Source: Caerostris darwini
Lineage: Eukaryota
Length of the DNA stretch: 64,000 nt
Assembly: GCA_021605075.1 (NCBI GenBank)
Contig: BPLQ01015363.1
Span: 899,513-963,512 of the forward strand
Direction of reading: 5' to 3'
Each line of letters begins with the position of its first letter. Positions within the stretch are counted from its first letter, which is position 1. Positions 38,690 to 50,529 of the stretch are shown here, in pieces. The notes beneath the pieces are model-generated. The model had not been told where the DNA came from, ran no database searches, and saw only the letters and a program-made list of their open reading frames with translations. Both the position numbers and the translations under genes were made by a program.

Positions 38690-39850
38690 AAAAAAAATAA
38701 TGGAAGAAATTAAGAACTTTGCTGCTCAAGCTGTAAAATCAACGAAAAGAAATCAAGACACATATTGAAGAAACCTTAACATGAGTTTCTTGATAGTGCC
38801 TTGTTCACTTGATTTTGTGCAAAAGAGTACGAGCTAAAACATGTAAGGTGCCTATGTTGATTGAAAAAGCTATACAATTTCATCGTATTCTAAATATAGA
38901 ATTGCTTTTATGTTTTCCTGTAGTTGACTTTAAAATTCGTCACGGACTTTAAAGATGGAATGTGGCTGAAAACAGCAGATCAACCAATGAAAATTCCCCT
39001 GAAAAATATAATAATACTTTTCGCAAACTCGTTGAACTGTGGGAACTAATCTGGGGTCAAGTTTACGATTCCAATGAAACTAGCCTTTTATGGGGTGTTT
39101 ACCAACTTTTACTGTGGCAAGTGGGGTGAAAATGTGCAAAGGGATTAACGAAAAATAAAGATGTATTGATCGTTTTGTTGTGTGTAAATGCTTCTGATGA
39201 CTAATCTGACAACTGTGCTGATTAGTAAATATAAAAAACCTATAGCTTTAAGAGGAATTTAAACTTGCCTATACATTAAGATGGACAGAGCAATTTATGG
39301 ATAACATCTGATTTGTTTTATGGACTGGTTTTTTCACCATTTTGTACCAGAAGTATAGGAAATCTTTAAGAAACGTGGAATGCCAGAAGACAACAATGAT
39401 TTTATTGTTAACAACTGTAGCTTGTAGCTATTCAGCTTGGTTTTCGGCTGTATTTTTGTAGATTACCTTTCACCAAATGTCACTCCCTTCATTTAGCCGA
39501 TGAATCAAGGCATGATTCAAAATGTATATTCTTTTTATAGAATATCTTTTGTACAAGGCCTTTTGGATTCTTACTAAGATGTATAAGACTTCCAAAGACA
39601 TTTTAATGTCAAAGATGCAATTTTTGCAATTGCCTTAACATAAAATTTAGGGAAAGAAGTGATGCTGATGCAAATTTTGATCTGATGATGAAGATGCGGA
39701 TCAACATCAAAGTATTATCTGTTTGATGTTATTAAAACTTTATTAACCTTCTATAATCTAGCATGTCAGTGCGCCCAAATATGTTGAACTTAAAATAGCT
39801 TGTACCGTGGTAAATACAAGACTCTACAATTTATCCATCATATTTTTACT
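38690..39850 (+). mobile_element. Degraded pogo/Tigger-like transposase fragment (DDE_1 region)
   Basis: By-eye multi-frame translation shows ...IWGQVYDSNETSLLWG..., ...KDVLIVLLCVNASDD..., ...PNMLNLK*LVPW.IQDSTIYP (like PnTTs.LQPlDqgiI), interrupted by stops. Confidence 0.4.
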
Positions 39851-40060
39851 CTGTACAAAATTAAATTCAGTTTTAAGTCTTCTGATGACTATTTTTTTTT
39901 TTTTTTTTTATGATTTATTATACATTGAATTATATGTTTAATTTTTACAGGAAAACTGTTAAGGCTTAAAAAACATTCTTGCTGCTAATTCACGAGAATA
40001 TAGAATGTAACATAATTTAAGAAATTATATTAAAAAATAATAAATATAATTAATAAATTA

Positions 40061-41557
40061 CACTCATGTCCATAAATTAAGGATAATTCAGAATCACACA
40101 GAAATTGAACTCTAAAATAAAAATTTCACCTGTAGAATTATCACACACATCTTGAAGAAGAATATGCAAATTACAGGAAATCACCAGATGGCGCGGATAG
40201 TACGTCACAATGACGAGAGTGTAAGAGAGGGGTATATAAGGAATGGTGGCAAAGAAGTAAAATTGTTCACAAGCGCTTTAAGTGCAATAACCGCATAATT
40301 ATGGCACAAAGGAAGCATTTGGATGATTTTTTACGTGGTAGAATTATCGGACGAGTGGAATGTGGACGTACCCAGCTGGAACTATCCCAGGAACTTGGAA
40401 TCGCCCAGAGTCCCATCTCCAGGCTTTGGCAACGATTAAAAGATGATGGTAATGCGAGTAGATGTTACAGCACAGGTCGCCCCCGAGTTACAACGCCGAA
40501 TGAGGACCGGTATTTAGCAGTTACTGCCAAAAGAAACAGACGGAGCACAGCATCTGACCTGTCTCGTCAGCTCTCTTCAGCTACCGGTACGACAGTTTCA
40601 AAGCAGACCGTGTACAGACGCTTAGGGCACATTGATCTATATGGTCGTAGGCCTGTCAGATGTGTTCCACTTACCGCAACTCACTGTCGCCTGCGATTAA
40701 CCTGGAGTAGAGAGCATGCATTGTGGACACCGCAACAGTGGTCTGGTGTGATGTTTTCCGACGAGTCCAGGTTCAGTTTGCAGTCTGATTCTCGCCGGAC
40801 TTTCATATGGAGATTGCCAGGTACCCGTTACCACCAAGAGAACACCATTGAACGACACCGTTACGGTGGTGCAGGATGGCTCGTTTGGGGAGGAATTATT
40901 CTTGGTTCCAGAACTGACCTGCATGTTCAGAGTGTAACGATGACAGGCCACATCTATCGGGATTTCATTCTGGAACAACATATACGTTTGTTTCGGGGCG
41001 CTATGGGTGCTGAATTGCTGTTTATGGATGACAACGCCCGTCCTCATCGTGCAAACATTGTAGACGAATGCCTTCAATTGGAGGATATCACCCCTATGGA
41101 TTGGCCAGCGTACTCACCGGACTTGAATCCAATAGAGCATGTGCGGGATATGCTTGGCCGACGAATTGCAGCCCGTCAACCCCCTCCCACCTGTCAACCG
41201 GAACTTCGGAGGGCATTGCTTGATGAGTGGTGTAATATTCCCCAAGATCAGATTGATAATTTGATACTCAGCATGCGTAGGCGTTGTAAGGCCTGTATTG
41301 CATCCTCCGGGAGACATACTCCATATTAACCATCATACTAACCATGTTATACTGTTTTTTGTAAATAGGTTCTTTTTTTAAATTTGCTCCAGGGAGTAAA
41401 AATCGCAATTTTTATTAATTATGTCAAACATATAGCATCTTTTTTGCTCTTTACCTTTTGACCTTTACCTATAGACTTTACAAATAAGTCAAATTTGTTT
41501 TGCTTCTGTCTCTTTCTTTGCCTGAACTTCATTATCTTTAATTTATGGACATGAGTG
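40061..41557 (+). mobile_element. Apparently intact Tc1-family transposon (1497 bp), TIR CACTCATGTCCATAAATTAAGGATAAT, TA TSD, single 342-aa transposase ORF
   Basis: TIRs at 40061-40090 and 41528-41557 flanked by TA. One uninterrupted ORF with HTH and DD34E motifs (FSDESRF, FMDDNARPH, YSPDLNPIEHVRD). Confidence 0.9.
40301..41329 (+). CDS. Tc1 transposase (DD34E), 342 aa, intact
   Basis: ORF track 40301..41329: MAQRKHLDDFLRGRIIGRVECGRTQ...WSDESRF..LFMDDNARPHRA..YSPDLNPIEHVRDMLGRRI. Confidence 0.9.
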   Translation: MAQRKHLDDFLRGRIIGRVECGRTQLELSQELGIAQSPISRLWQRLKDDGNASRCYSTGRPRVTTPNEDRYLAVTAKRNRRSTASDLSRQLSSATGTTVSKQTVYRRLGHIDLYGRRPVRCVPLTATHCRLRLTWSREHALWTPQQWSGVMFSDESRFSLQSDSRRTFIWRLPGTRYHQENTIERHRYGGAGWLVWGGIILGSRTDLHVQSVTMTGHIYRDFILEQHIRLFRGAMGAELLFMDDNARPHRANIVDECLQLEDITPMDWPAYSPDLNPIEHVRDMLGRRIAARQPPPTCQPELRRALLDEWCNIPQDQIDNLILSMRRRCKACIASSGRHTPY

Positions 41558-41599
41558 TATTATAAAATCTATAAATTTATATACACTGGTGGAAAATGA

Positions 41600-42200
41600 A
41601 ATCCCAACACCAAGAATTTAGTATAGTGGAATAAATGCACTTGTTCTTCGGACCTTCACTTCTGCTGTAAGTCCACTGTACCTACGACGTAGACAGATTG
41701 GCTCCAAACACTCACCTGGCCTCCTTCTAATCAACGTACGACATTAATACGAAAACTGCTCTCATTTGAGTACAAAACTGACCTTCCGCCCTCCAATGAG
41801 CTCTAGTTTGGCATCAACGAAGTAGCTGGTGATGGTAGGAGCATGGACACTACATGGCATCTGGCTTAGACTTGTCCCTCAAGTAATTGATATGTTATCG
41901 TTTGTTGCGTACTCTATGACCAATGCAAGCTCGAATTTCTGGTGCAGAAAGATGCGCTACATCCATGCGGAAAATATGGCATGCGGCATTGGTGACGTGT
42001 GTGCAGCCATACCCCTGTGTTCTTGAGATAGTACCTTTCCATGAGCATTGCTGCATACAATCATGCACAGGGAATACATACCTGCCAAATCTTTCTGCAA
42101 TATCACGGAAAGTTCATCTTCTTGCAGCTATATTAGATGGCCATGTTATCTCAATAATCTAATGATACTGCTTTTTTCATCTCCTGAAAGAGATTTCATT
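41600..42200 (-). mobile_element. Old Tc1-like transposase remnant abutting the intact Tc1 copy
   Basis: Minus-strand translation gives ...TFRDIAERFGRYVFPVHDCM..GHRVRNKR.HINYLRDKSKPDAM.CP.., resembling the Tc1 HTH-linker region, with stops. Confidence 0.35.
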
Positions 42201-43632
42201 ATTATTCTTACTTGCACAGTAAATATTCTTTAAAATTTCAATTTACATAATTACATTCACTATGCCATACAAACTAAACTTATTTTTTTTAATGCAGTAT
42301 CAATTTTATATAAAAAAAAATTTGCTGAAAATTGTGAAATATCCCTATTTTTTGCTGTCAAATATAGACAAATATTTAAATTTTTTTAAGGACACTATCC
42401 CATTTTGTCTATAAAAAGTGAAAAGCCATGGAACACTCAGAATATTATTCTTGAATGCATACCATAAAATTTCAAAGTAAATTAGTCCTGTACAATAAAA
42501 CGAAAAACATTTTGCAATATACACACACTTAATATAGGCACCATTGTAATGTAATTGCAAGTAATGTAAACACTAGCCAAGCAAAACAAAAATTTGAAAT
42601 CTTCATCAGTTTGTTGCTGGACTTTTCGTTTTGATAAATTACAGATGGTTTGCAAGCTACATAAGCAGAATAGTCTATATAACAAACATTGATGCAATAT
42701 AATTTATTGATGCAGTTAATAATTAACATGTTATTTATGTGTTATAAATATAATAAAATTCAAGAGGAAAAATATATTTGTTGTTATTGCATTATATAAA
42801 TTCAGTGATCCCTGATTAAAATTAACAGGTGAAATACTTTCACCGGTCGCAGAACATTGTCAAAAACATTCTAGAGTAAGGCATTATTAAACAGTATTGT
42901 GAATTCATATTAACTATACTGTCTCCTATTAAATGTTTTATGTGTGTTACTCCTCAGAATTTAAAACGTTGCTAAAAAATGCTAATTTAAATGTAGGTAA
43001 TAAAGATTAGGTTTACACAGCAAAATCTTGATTTTCATTACGATTAACTTTATTTCAATAACAAACATATTTTAACACCTCTGAAAAATATAAATTTTCT
43101 TATTTTATGATAGAGAATTATTGTTTCTAAGCAAATATTTTACTGAAGAGATATTTTTTAAACTTTGTTTTATAACTCTTTTGTTTTTTTTTCCGATGTA
43201 TTGTAATTTCAATGTTGAAATCAGTTTTAATAATACTTATCTTATTAAATATATTTAGTTGATATTTAATATGTTGTGTATAAGATCATTCTAGAAAAAG
43301 ACTTTTGCAGATTGTAATATTTCACATCTGATACTAATAATTTAAAATGCAAAATATTCTGCAAATTAAAAATGTTTATCTAGATATTTATGGAACATTA
43401 TCATTTTTAATCTACTTGTAATTTGTTTCAAAATTTTAATAGTCATGTATGTGACAGATTTAGATTTAAATGACAATGTAATAATTTTTATTCTAGTGGT
43501 TTTTATTGTTGTATATCTACTTCCTATAGAAATAGACCATTTAAAATATGCATTATATAATTCAAAGAGTATTGATGAAACCTGATTTTTTTTATTTAAT
43601 TATTTTAGTTTAAATGATCACATACAATTATT

Positions 43633-43953
43633 TACTTTTGTAGAAAAACAGCTATTCTCAATACTTTTTTATTGCAGGAATATAGTGCACCTTATTTTCC
43701 ATACATTAAAAAACCATTCAAGTGATTTCATTGCCACGATTATTAACGTCAAATGCAATATTTTGATTATAATTATCACATACAGCATACATGAAATATG
43801 CTGTATGTGATAATTATAATCAAAATATTGCATTTGACGTTAATAATCGTGGCAATGAAATCACTTGAATGGTTTTTTATTGTATGGAAAATAAGGTGCA
43901 CTATATTCCTGCAATAAAAAAGTATTGTGAATAGCTGTTTTTCTACAAAAGTA
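43633..43953. repeat. Long near-perfect palindrome (arms about 157 bp at 43633-43790 and 43798-43955, 7-bp spacer CATGAAA)
   Basis: Right arm is the reverse complement of the left arm with 2-3 mismatches (TACTTTTGTAGAAAAACAGCTATTC...CACATACAGCATA | TATGCTGTATGTG...). The centre motif CAGCATACATGAAATATGC recurs at 43982-44000. Confidence 0.9.
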
Positions 43954-44199
43954 ACTCCTTACTTACTCCTTACTTTTGCCAGCATACATGAAATATGCAC
44001 TATACAAACTTCACATTCGTTTTTGTTTAATATATATGACTTTTTGTATGAAAGGATTTAATTCATTAATCATATTTCTTAGCTGATTTGAATATTTTTC
44101 TGTAGTTTATGTTTATATCAAAAGCATGTGTACAGCTATCTTTTGTAATTTATATTTAAACCAGATTAATAATAAATTGCTCACTGTATTATCTTTTAG

Positions 44200-44376
44200 A
44201 TGGCACACTGTTCGCGTCTTTATCTCATCTACATTTAAGGACATGCATTGTGAAAGAGACTCACTAATCCGATATGTGATGCCAGAGTTAAAGAAAAGAG
44301 CTGCATCTGTATTTGTAAAAGTCAACGAAGTAGATCTTAGATGGGGTATCACAGAAACTGATTGCTGCTCTAAACG
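44200..44376 (+). CDS. TEP1: TEP1-like exon (DUF4062 N-terminal half: WHTVRVFISSTFKDMHCERDSLIRYVMPELKK...DLRWG)
   Basis: ttttag|A acceptor, AAACG|gtttgt donor. Classic DUF4062 motif as in NWD1/TEP1; ORF track 44126..44395. Confidence 0.8.
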
Positions 44377-47300
44377 GTTTGTACTATTTTTTTAAATTTG
44401 ACTTTTTAAAAGACATTCAATTACTATATATATATATATATATATATGTATAGTAATTAATGTGGTACAAATTAAAGTGGATTATGTGAAAGAAAATAAT
44501 TGGTCTTGATTTTTTACTAAATGTGTACTTGGTCGATTAATCTTTTTAATTTTGAGTTCATTCACACAAGTTTTGGAAAATCATCTTTAGATTTTGTTTG
44601 TCAATAATGTTGGATATTATTAGCTAGAAATGTTATCTGGAAGTTAATTTTCATCGATTAACAGCAATTCAGTTTCACTGTTTCATTCAAGAATGTATAA
44701 AACTCGATTAACATCTTTACAGTTTCTGAAACATAAATGGAATTCATTTAATGCAGTAAAAAAAATGTTTGATTCTATTATTTGAAATAAAAAACCGTAA
44801 AACTTCAACGTTTACAAATAGATTATTAAAAAATGTTAACAATTGAATTTTATGAATTAAAGAATGTTAACAACTGAATTATATGAATTAATGAATGTTA
44901 GCAATTGAATTATATGAATTTTAATATTTATTTACTGTTAACTTGAAGTTTCATTTTATTATAAATTATAAACATCTTGTTAAAAAAAAATTGTATTTAT
45001 ATACAAATAGTTTGCATAGTTAAAGAAGCATATTTTAAGGTAACTTGCCTCTAAATCAAAAGTTAGACAAAATTTGAATAAATTTTTTGCTGTGTAATAT
45101 ATTAAATATTGTTAAAAAAATTTATTTTGAGAGCTTTTTTTTATTACAATAAACTGTATTGCATAGTGTTTTGCATTTATTCTATGACAATAAAAGTTTA
45201 TCTTCGACTACTAATATATCTAAATAAAAACAAAAATCTATATTTTTAACATAATAAAGATAAATTTGAATATTTTAATTGCATGTTTTTATTTGCATAC
45301 CTTCATTTTTCTTTCATTGTACATTCTTATAACAAAAAATAATTACTGACAAAATGTGTTTTATATTAATTTATTGGCTTCATGACTTCCGTTATTTAAC
45401 AATACTCTGTAATTTTCATTATATTTGAATAAAATATTTAATAATAACATTTTTTCATTAAGTAAAATATTTTGAGTAATAATGATGGCAAGATTTGTTT
45501 AATAGTACGATTATTGGCATGTACAATATATTCTATCAAACGATTTTTAATTCAGTTTCAAATACTAATTTATTGTATGCTGAAAAAGAAGTAATTTTAA
45601 GGTTTCTTCAGAAAAATTTGTCAGGTATGAGCAAAGCGGAAACAAATCTTTTTTAATTTTAAGTGAGGAAAATATAATTTAAAGAAGTCAAAAGTACAGT
45701 GTGTTATATTTCACTCTTTCCTATTGGAGAAGAGTAGCTCCATTACACTATAAAACAGGCTTTTTTTTTTTAGTACTTCTTTATTAGTAAGGTGCCTGTT
45801 AGGATTCTGTCCTGGAACTTGGAACTACTTCAAAGTAAATAAAATTAAGTTTATTATTATCAACCAGGTGCTGCATTAAATGATTAAATAAAAAAATTAT
45901 ACATAAAAGAAATATATGCATACAAGACAGATAGCAATGGTAAGCAATGTAGTCATTTGATAAACAAAGTGGGAATACTTGACTTCATATGTAGCTGAAT
46001 GACTGCTGATTCAACATGTAACTAACTACTGATTTAGCAACTTATGCAGCATAATAGTTCATATCCAATATGCCTGCATTTTAGTACTGTTATACTGATG
46101 CTTATAACCTGCATGTTCGAAGTACTTCTGAAAGAAAGCAGCTCTTCTAAATATGCAGTAATTGTAATATATGAACCTATGTGTTAATGGTTTTAAATAT
46201 ATTTATGGTTTTATAATTCATCTATGATCTCTATAATATTTTTAACTTTATTATTTTATACAATATTAATCAAAAGTGTATATCAAAATTGCTGCAATTA
46301 TAATATTTTGTTATTGTTTATTTTCTTCTGATAATTTATATTAAAACCTGAAAACGTTTGTATGTATGCTTATTTTCTGCATAATTAATTGGAAAAGTTG
46401 ATAGTCACAAAATATGCAAAATATTCTTGGTGAAACAAGAAGGAAAATCACTCATTATTTAGATTTTTCAAACTCTTCAGGTTTTAAAATCTAAAAAAAA
46501 AAAAGATTAATTATCGTAAAAAAACTGATTTGCAATTTCCTTTTCCTAATCACATGGACTGATGAGTTTTCTCTTGAACAGAGGAATTAAAAATTGAATT
46601 ATTGAGTTCGAAAAATTATGCTTATTTAAAATTATGGCATTCGATTAGTTTATCAACCAACTTATTTAGTTCCTGTACTATTTCAAAGTATAAGCATATA
46701 GCTTGGAAGTAAAAATATTTTAACTTATATAAAATATTTATGTGTAAAAATCTCTCAAGTTATGTTTTCATGATCAGAAAATGTTACATTTTAAAATTCT
46801 TGCATCTGTGTAGTTTATTACCACTTTAAAATATTATCATCTAGCTTTTAAATAATGTCCATTTGGTAAAAAAAACTATCTACTTAAAAAGTAAAGTGAA
46901 TTTGTCGTGCAATGAACAATTTTTTTTTTTTGTCTAAATTTCAGCATTAGTGAACCACTATTGAAATTTTAGTAATCGTTAATCAATTTAAAAAATTTCC
47001 GACTATTTCAAAAATACTTCAATTTTAATTAATCAAAAAAATTAAATCGATTTTCTGGTTATTTCAAGCACAAAAAATTATATTACTCTTCTTTAATATA
47101 TTTATCTCAGAATTATATCATAAACAGATTTTTATTAGTTTTTATTGATGACGAAATTCCATTGCCTTATCTTCATTAAGTAGGTCGTTATCTCAAATTT
47201 CTTTCCACTGTCATCTCCAAAGCAGCTGAATTAGTCTTTCTTCCAAAAAGCTTTCCATGATTTTATTTTTTCATTTAATTCTTCAGATTTCTTTGATTTA

Positions 47301-47816
47301 TTGTTTAAAATTCTGTATTAACTTTCAGATTATTTATTTCTAATTGACTTACTAAAATCTCTAAAACTTTATTATTAAATTCTTTGTAAATGTGCAAAAT
47401 ATATTTAAATGTAATTTATTCATTTTGAGGAATAAGTTATTTTTTAAATTCATTTAAAGTCTGTAGAATTTAGCAGCATGTATACATTTTGTTGAATAAT
47501 AAAAATAATTTTAGTATTCTATTTTTTTATTTATTTAATGTATATTTAGTTTATTAGCATTACATATGTCCATTTGCGTGAAAAATTATTACTTTATTAG
47601 AAATGAGTTATATTTGGTGTTATGCCTTTTTTTGCATACAAGATGGATTTGTCAGAACACAATCCTTAAAAATACATTTATTCTAAACATATTTGCAAAA
47701 TTGTAATAGAGCTAATAAATTTATACTTTTTGAAAAAAACAACTCATCTATTTAAGTTTTTATAATTTAAATCCCATTTATATATTTTTTCATTGTTTCT
47801 ATATGTATATTTTCAG

Positions 47817-48053
47817 AGCTGCTGAACTTTGTCTACTAGAAGCTCAAAAATCGGATTTATTTATTGGAATTTTGGGTGATAGATATGGCACAATTTATAA
47901 TTTTGACCCTCCAGATTCCCCAGATCTTCAATGGGTGAAGGAATATCCTCATGGTTTGTCAATAACAGAACTTGAAATGTATGCTGGGGCTCTAAAAGAA
48001 AAGTCAATAAAGAAAAAGGCATTCTTTTACATCCGAAATAATTCATTCCTTAG
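47817..48053 (+). CDS. TEP1: TEP1-like exon (DUF4062 C-terminal half: AAELCLLEAQKSDLFIGILGDRYG...SITELEMYAG)
   Basis: ttttcag|AGCT acceptor, CTTAG|gtaggc donor. CG carry + A gives R, in phase with the previous exon; ORF track 47803..48057. Confidence 0.8.
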
Positions 48054-49084
48054 GTAGGCTTTTGATGTTTTATCCTTCACTATGTTATTTTTATTTTATT
48101 AATTCAATGTTTGTTCTTTTCCTATTGTTTTTTTCCAGACAGTTAATGTTTTTATTAGGTTGTACTTTGAAAGAGAATTCAGATGTCAAATTTTTGATTT
48201 TCTCATGCAATTTATTTTTTAATTCTTATTTTACCAATGAAGTATATTTAAATCTTTCTCCAGTTATTTGAAAGCTTTTATTTGGTATTTTTTAATATTA
48301 TTTACTTTTATTTTATCTTTATTGATTTAGCTTCATAGTTCTTTTTCTTATAAGTTTGTTTCAATATTTTTGCAGTTGTTTTTAGAAAATTTAAAAAGTC
48401 TTCAGAGATAATTTACTTTATTTTAAAAGATTACTTTAGATTCAAACGGTAGAACCAGATTTATTTATTTTATTTTTACCAAGAGTTTTTTTTATTTAAA
48501 AAATTAAATAAATTAAAGTTGTTTAATTTCATTGAAATTCTTCATTCTTAATTGAAAAATTGTAATTGATAATTATTTTAAATTCAATATACATTCATAA
48601 TTGATTTTATAATTTATAATTTTTCAATTTGTTAAGATGAAAGCAATACTTAATATCTTTTTTATATAATATTATCATCCTATAAATACTTGTTAATATA
48701 TTTTTAAAGTGCTGACAAATCTAACTTTTATCAGTTTTTACCAACTTAATGGTTTGTAGCATCATGATTAATTGGTTTATTATTACCAAACAAAGACATT
48801 TTCGCAGCATGTTTTTGCAACAAAACATATAAGCTATAAATAATTAAAAATTACTAAATTATTAAAACCAAGTTATACTTACAAATTATTTTAAAAAACG
48901 ATATATTGATATGCATTTAAAGAATTTGAGCAAAAATTGATAAAAGACAAGTGATCATTCATTTTTTTTTTTTCATGGTCTTTGTCTATTTGTTAGTTTT
49001 TTCTTTTTGCTTAATATATTTTCTATATTCTATACCTTTGCATTAAATGAAGTTCTGTGCATTATGTTTTCATTTCTTTCCTAG

Positions 49085-49198
49085 TCAAATGCCTGAAAAA
49101 TGGAGAAAGGATTTTGATTCTGAAGATCCAGAATCAAAACAAAAAGTTGAATCTTTGAAAGCAAAAATTCGATCAAGTGGATTTACAGTTTGTGATGG
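49085..49198 (+). CDS. TEP1: TEP1-like exon (SQMPEKWRKDFDSEDPESKQKVESLKAKIRSSGFTVCDG)
   Basis: cctag|TCAAAT acceptor, GATGG|gtatgt donor; phases consistent. Confidence 0.55.
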
Positions 49199-49673
49199 GT
49201 ATGTAGTTATAACTAAATAACTTAAAACTTAAATAACATTACTTACTTAACTAAATAAGTTAAATAACATAATGGTTTTATCTTTAAATTCGTGTTTTAG
49301 GCATGATTTCTGAATTATTAAATATTTATTTCACAGATATTTGGCTACTTATTGCTTGCACCTGTCTAACGGAAAAGTATCTAAGTTTTTTTGCAAGATT
49401 AGTGAATATTTATATAAATCGACCTCCATAATTTAGCTTTAGAAAAAATTTGAAAAATTTTCAGCTTATACACAAAATATGTTATATCTATTTTTCTTTT
49501 GGAACAGCATATTTATATAACTTTATATTATGAAAGTTATCAAAGACAAGAAATTTTCGTTATTTTGCAATTATTGGGCACTCATCATTATTGTACAGTA
49601 AATATGGTAACTTTTTTTTGCCATTTTTCATAAAAAATATACTTACATGATTTTTTTCTTTTGACATAGTAAT

Positions 49674-49783
49674 TAGGGATTGCAATATCGGACCAAAAGT
49701 TCAATACCGGTATTCGGTATTTTTCAGATCTTGATACCGGTTTTAACACCGGTAGTAGAAATTTTAGAAAAAGAAAGAAAACA

Positions 49784-49819
<36 letters not shown>

Positions 49820-50529
49820 TTTACTTATAAATTATAACAGTATATAAAGAATCGCAAAAAAGTAAAGGAACATCTTATTTATTTAAACCACAAAAAAGTG
49901 TAAATATCACTATTCAGTCTGTGGTACTATTACAAATTTTTGAAATGTGATCTTAAAAAAACATAATGTATCAATTGTTCTGTCATTAAGACTGGAACGT
50001 AATTTTGTGAAAAAATTGCCAACTGTCGAAAACGCTCTTTCAGCATCTACGCTAGTTGGTGATACTGCTAACAGTGCGCGATATACTTTTTACAAGTATT
50101 TATCTCTAAATCCCTCATCTTCAAATAAATCTATTTCTCGTCGGATTGTTTTGAATATAGCTGATTTCTTCGAAATTTTTTTAGTTATCGCCAATTCTAA
50201 TTTTTGTTCAAGAGGTAATTCCTTTTCACTATCGACGTTAGTGTCATCATAATCTTCGGTAACTGTACCGAATTCTTCTGAATGCGGATAGGTTTGTAGG
50301 TAAAAAAATTTTAAGAAAATTTACTATAAACTTGATCAAATTTGAATTGGTTAGTCTCTTTTCTAGAATTCACAGATAAGAATAAATATTTCACAGATAA
50401 GAATTCCAAATTTCTAGTAAATACTGAAGAAACGGTATTTAAACTTGTGAATACCGGTATTACAAAATTGTACAAATAGCTCAAAATACCGGTATTCGGT
50501 ATCCCAGTATACCTTTATTGCAATCCCTA
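49674..50529 (-). mobile_element. Non-autonomous hAT element/MITE (856 bp), TIR TAGGGATTGCAAT, 8-bp TSD ATAGTAAT, subterminal CCGGTATTCGGTAT repeats
   Basis: TIRs at 49674-49686 and 50517-50529. Identical 8-mer ATAGTAAT at 49666-49673 and 50530-50537. Minus-strand translation of about 49990-50070 gives ...SVDAERAFSTVGNFF, the hAT C-terminal dimerisation motif. Internal 41-nt poly-T at 49788-49828. Confidence 0.8.

Noticed and set aside
44200-48053. Interpretation of the + strand gene as NWD1 (DUF4062-NACHT-WD40) rather than TEP1
   Set aside because: Upstream exons in the same phase-consistent chain encode a Ro60/TROVE-type domain (EVWEKLI..LPYMAMLRNLKNL; GKTLVICD), which NWD1 lacks. TROVE plus NACHT indicates TEP1. 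A gene fusion or mis-join is the remaining alternative and is flagged in the findings.
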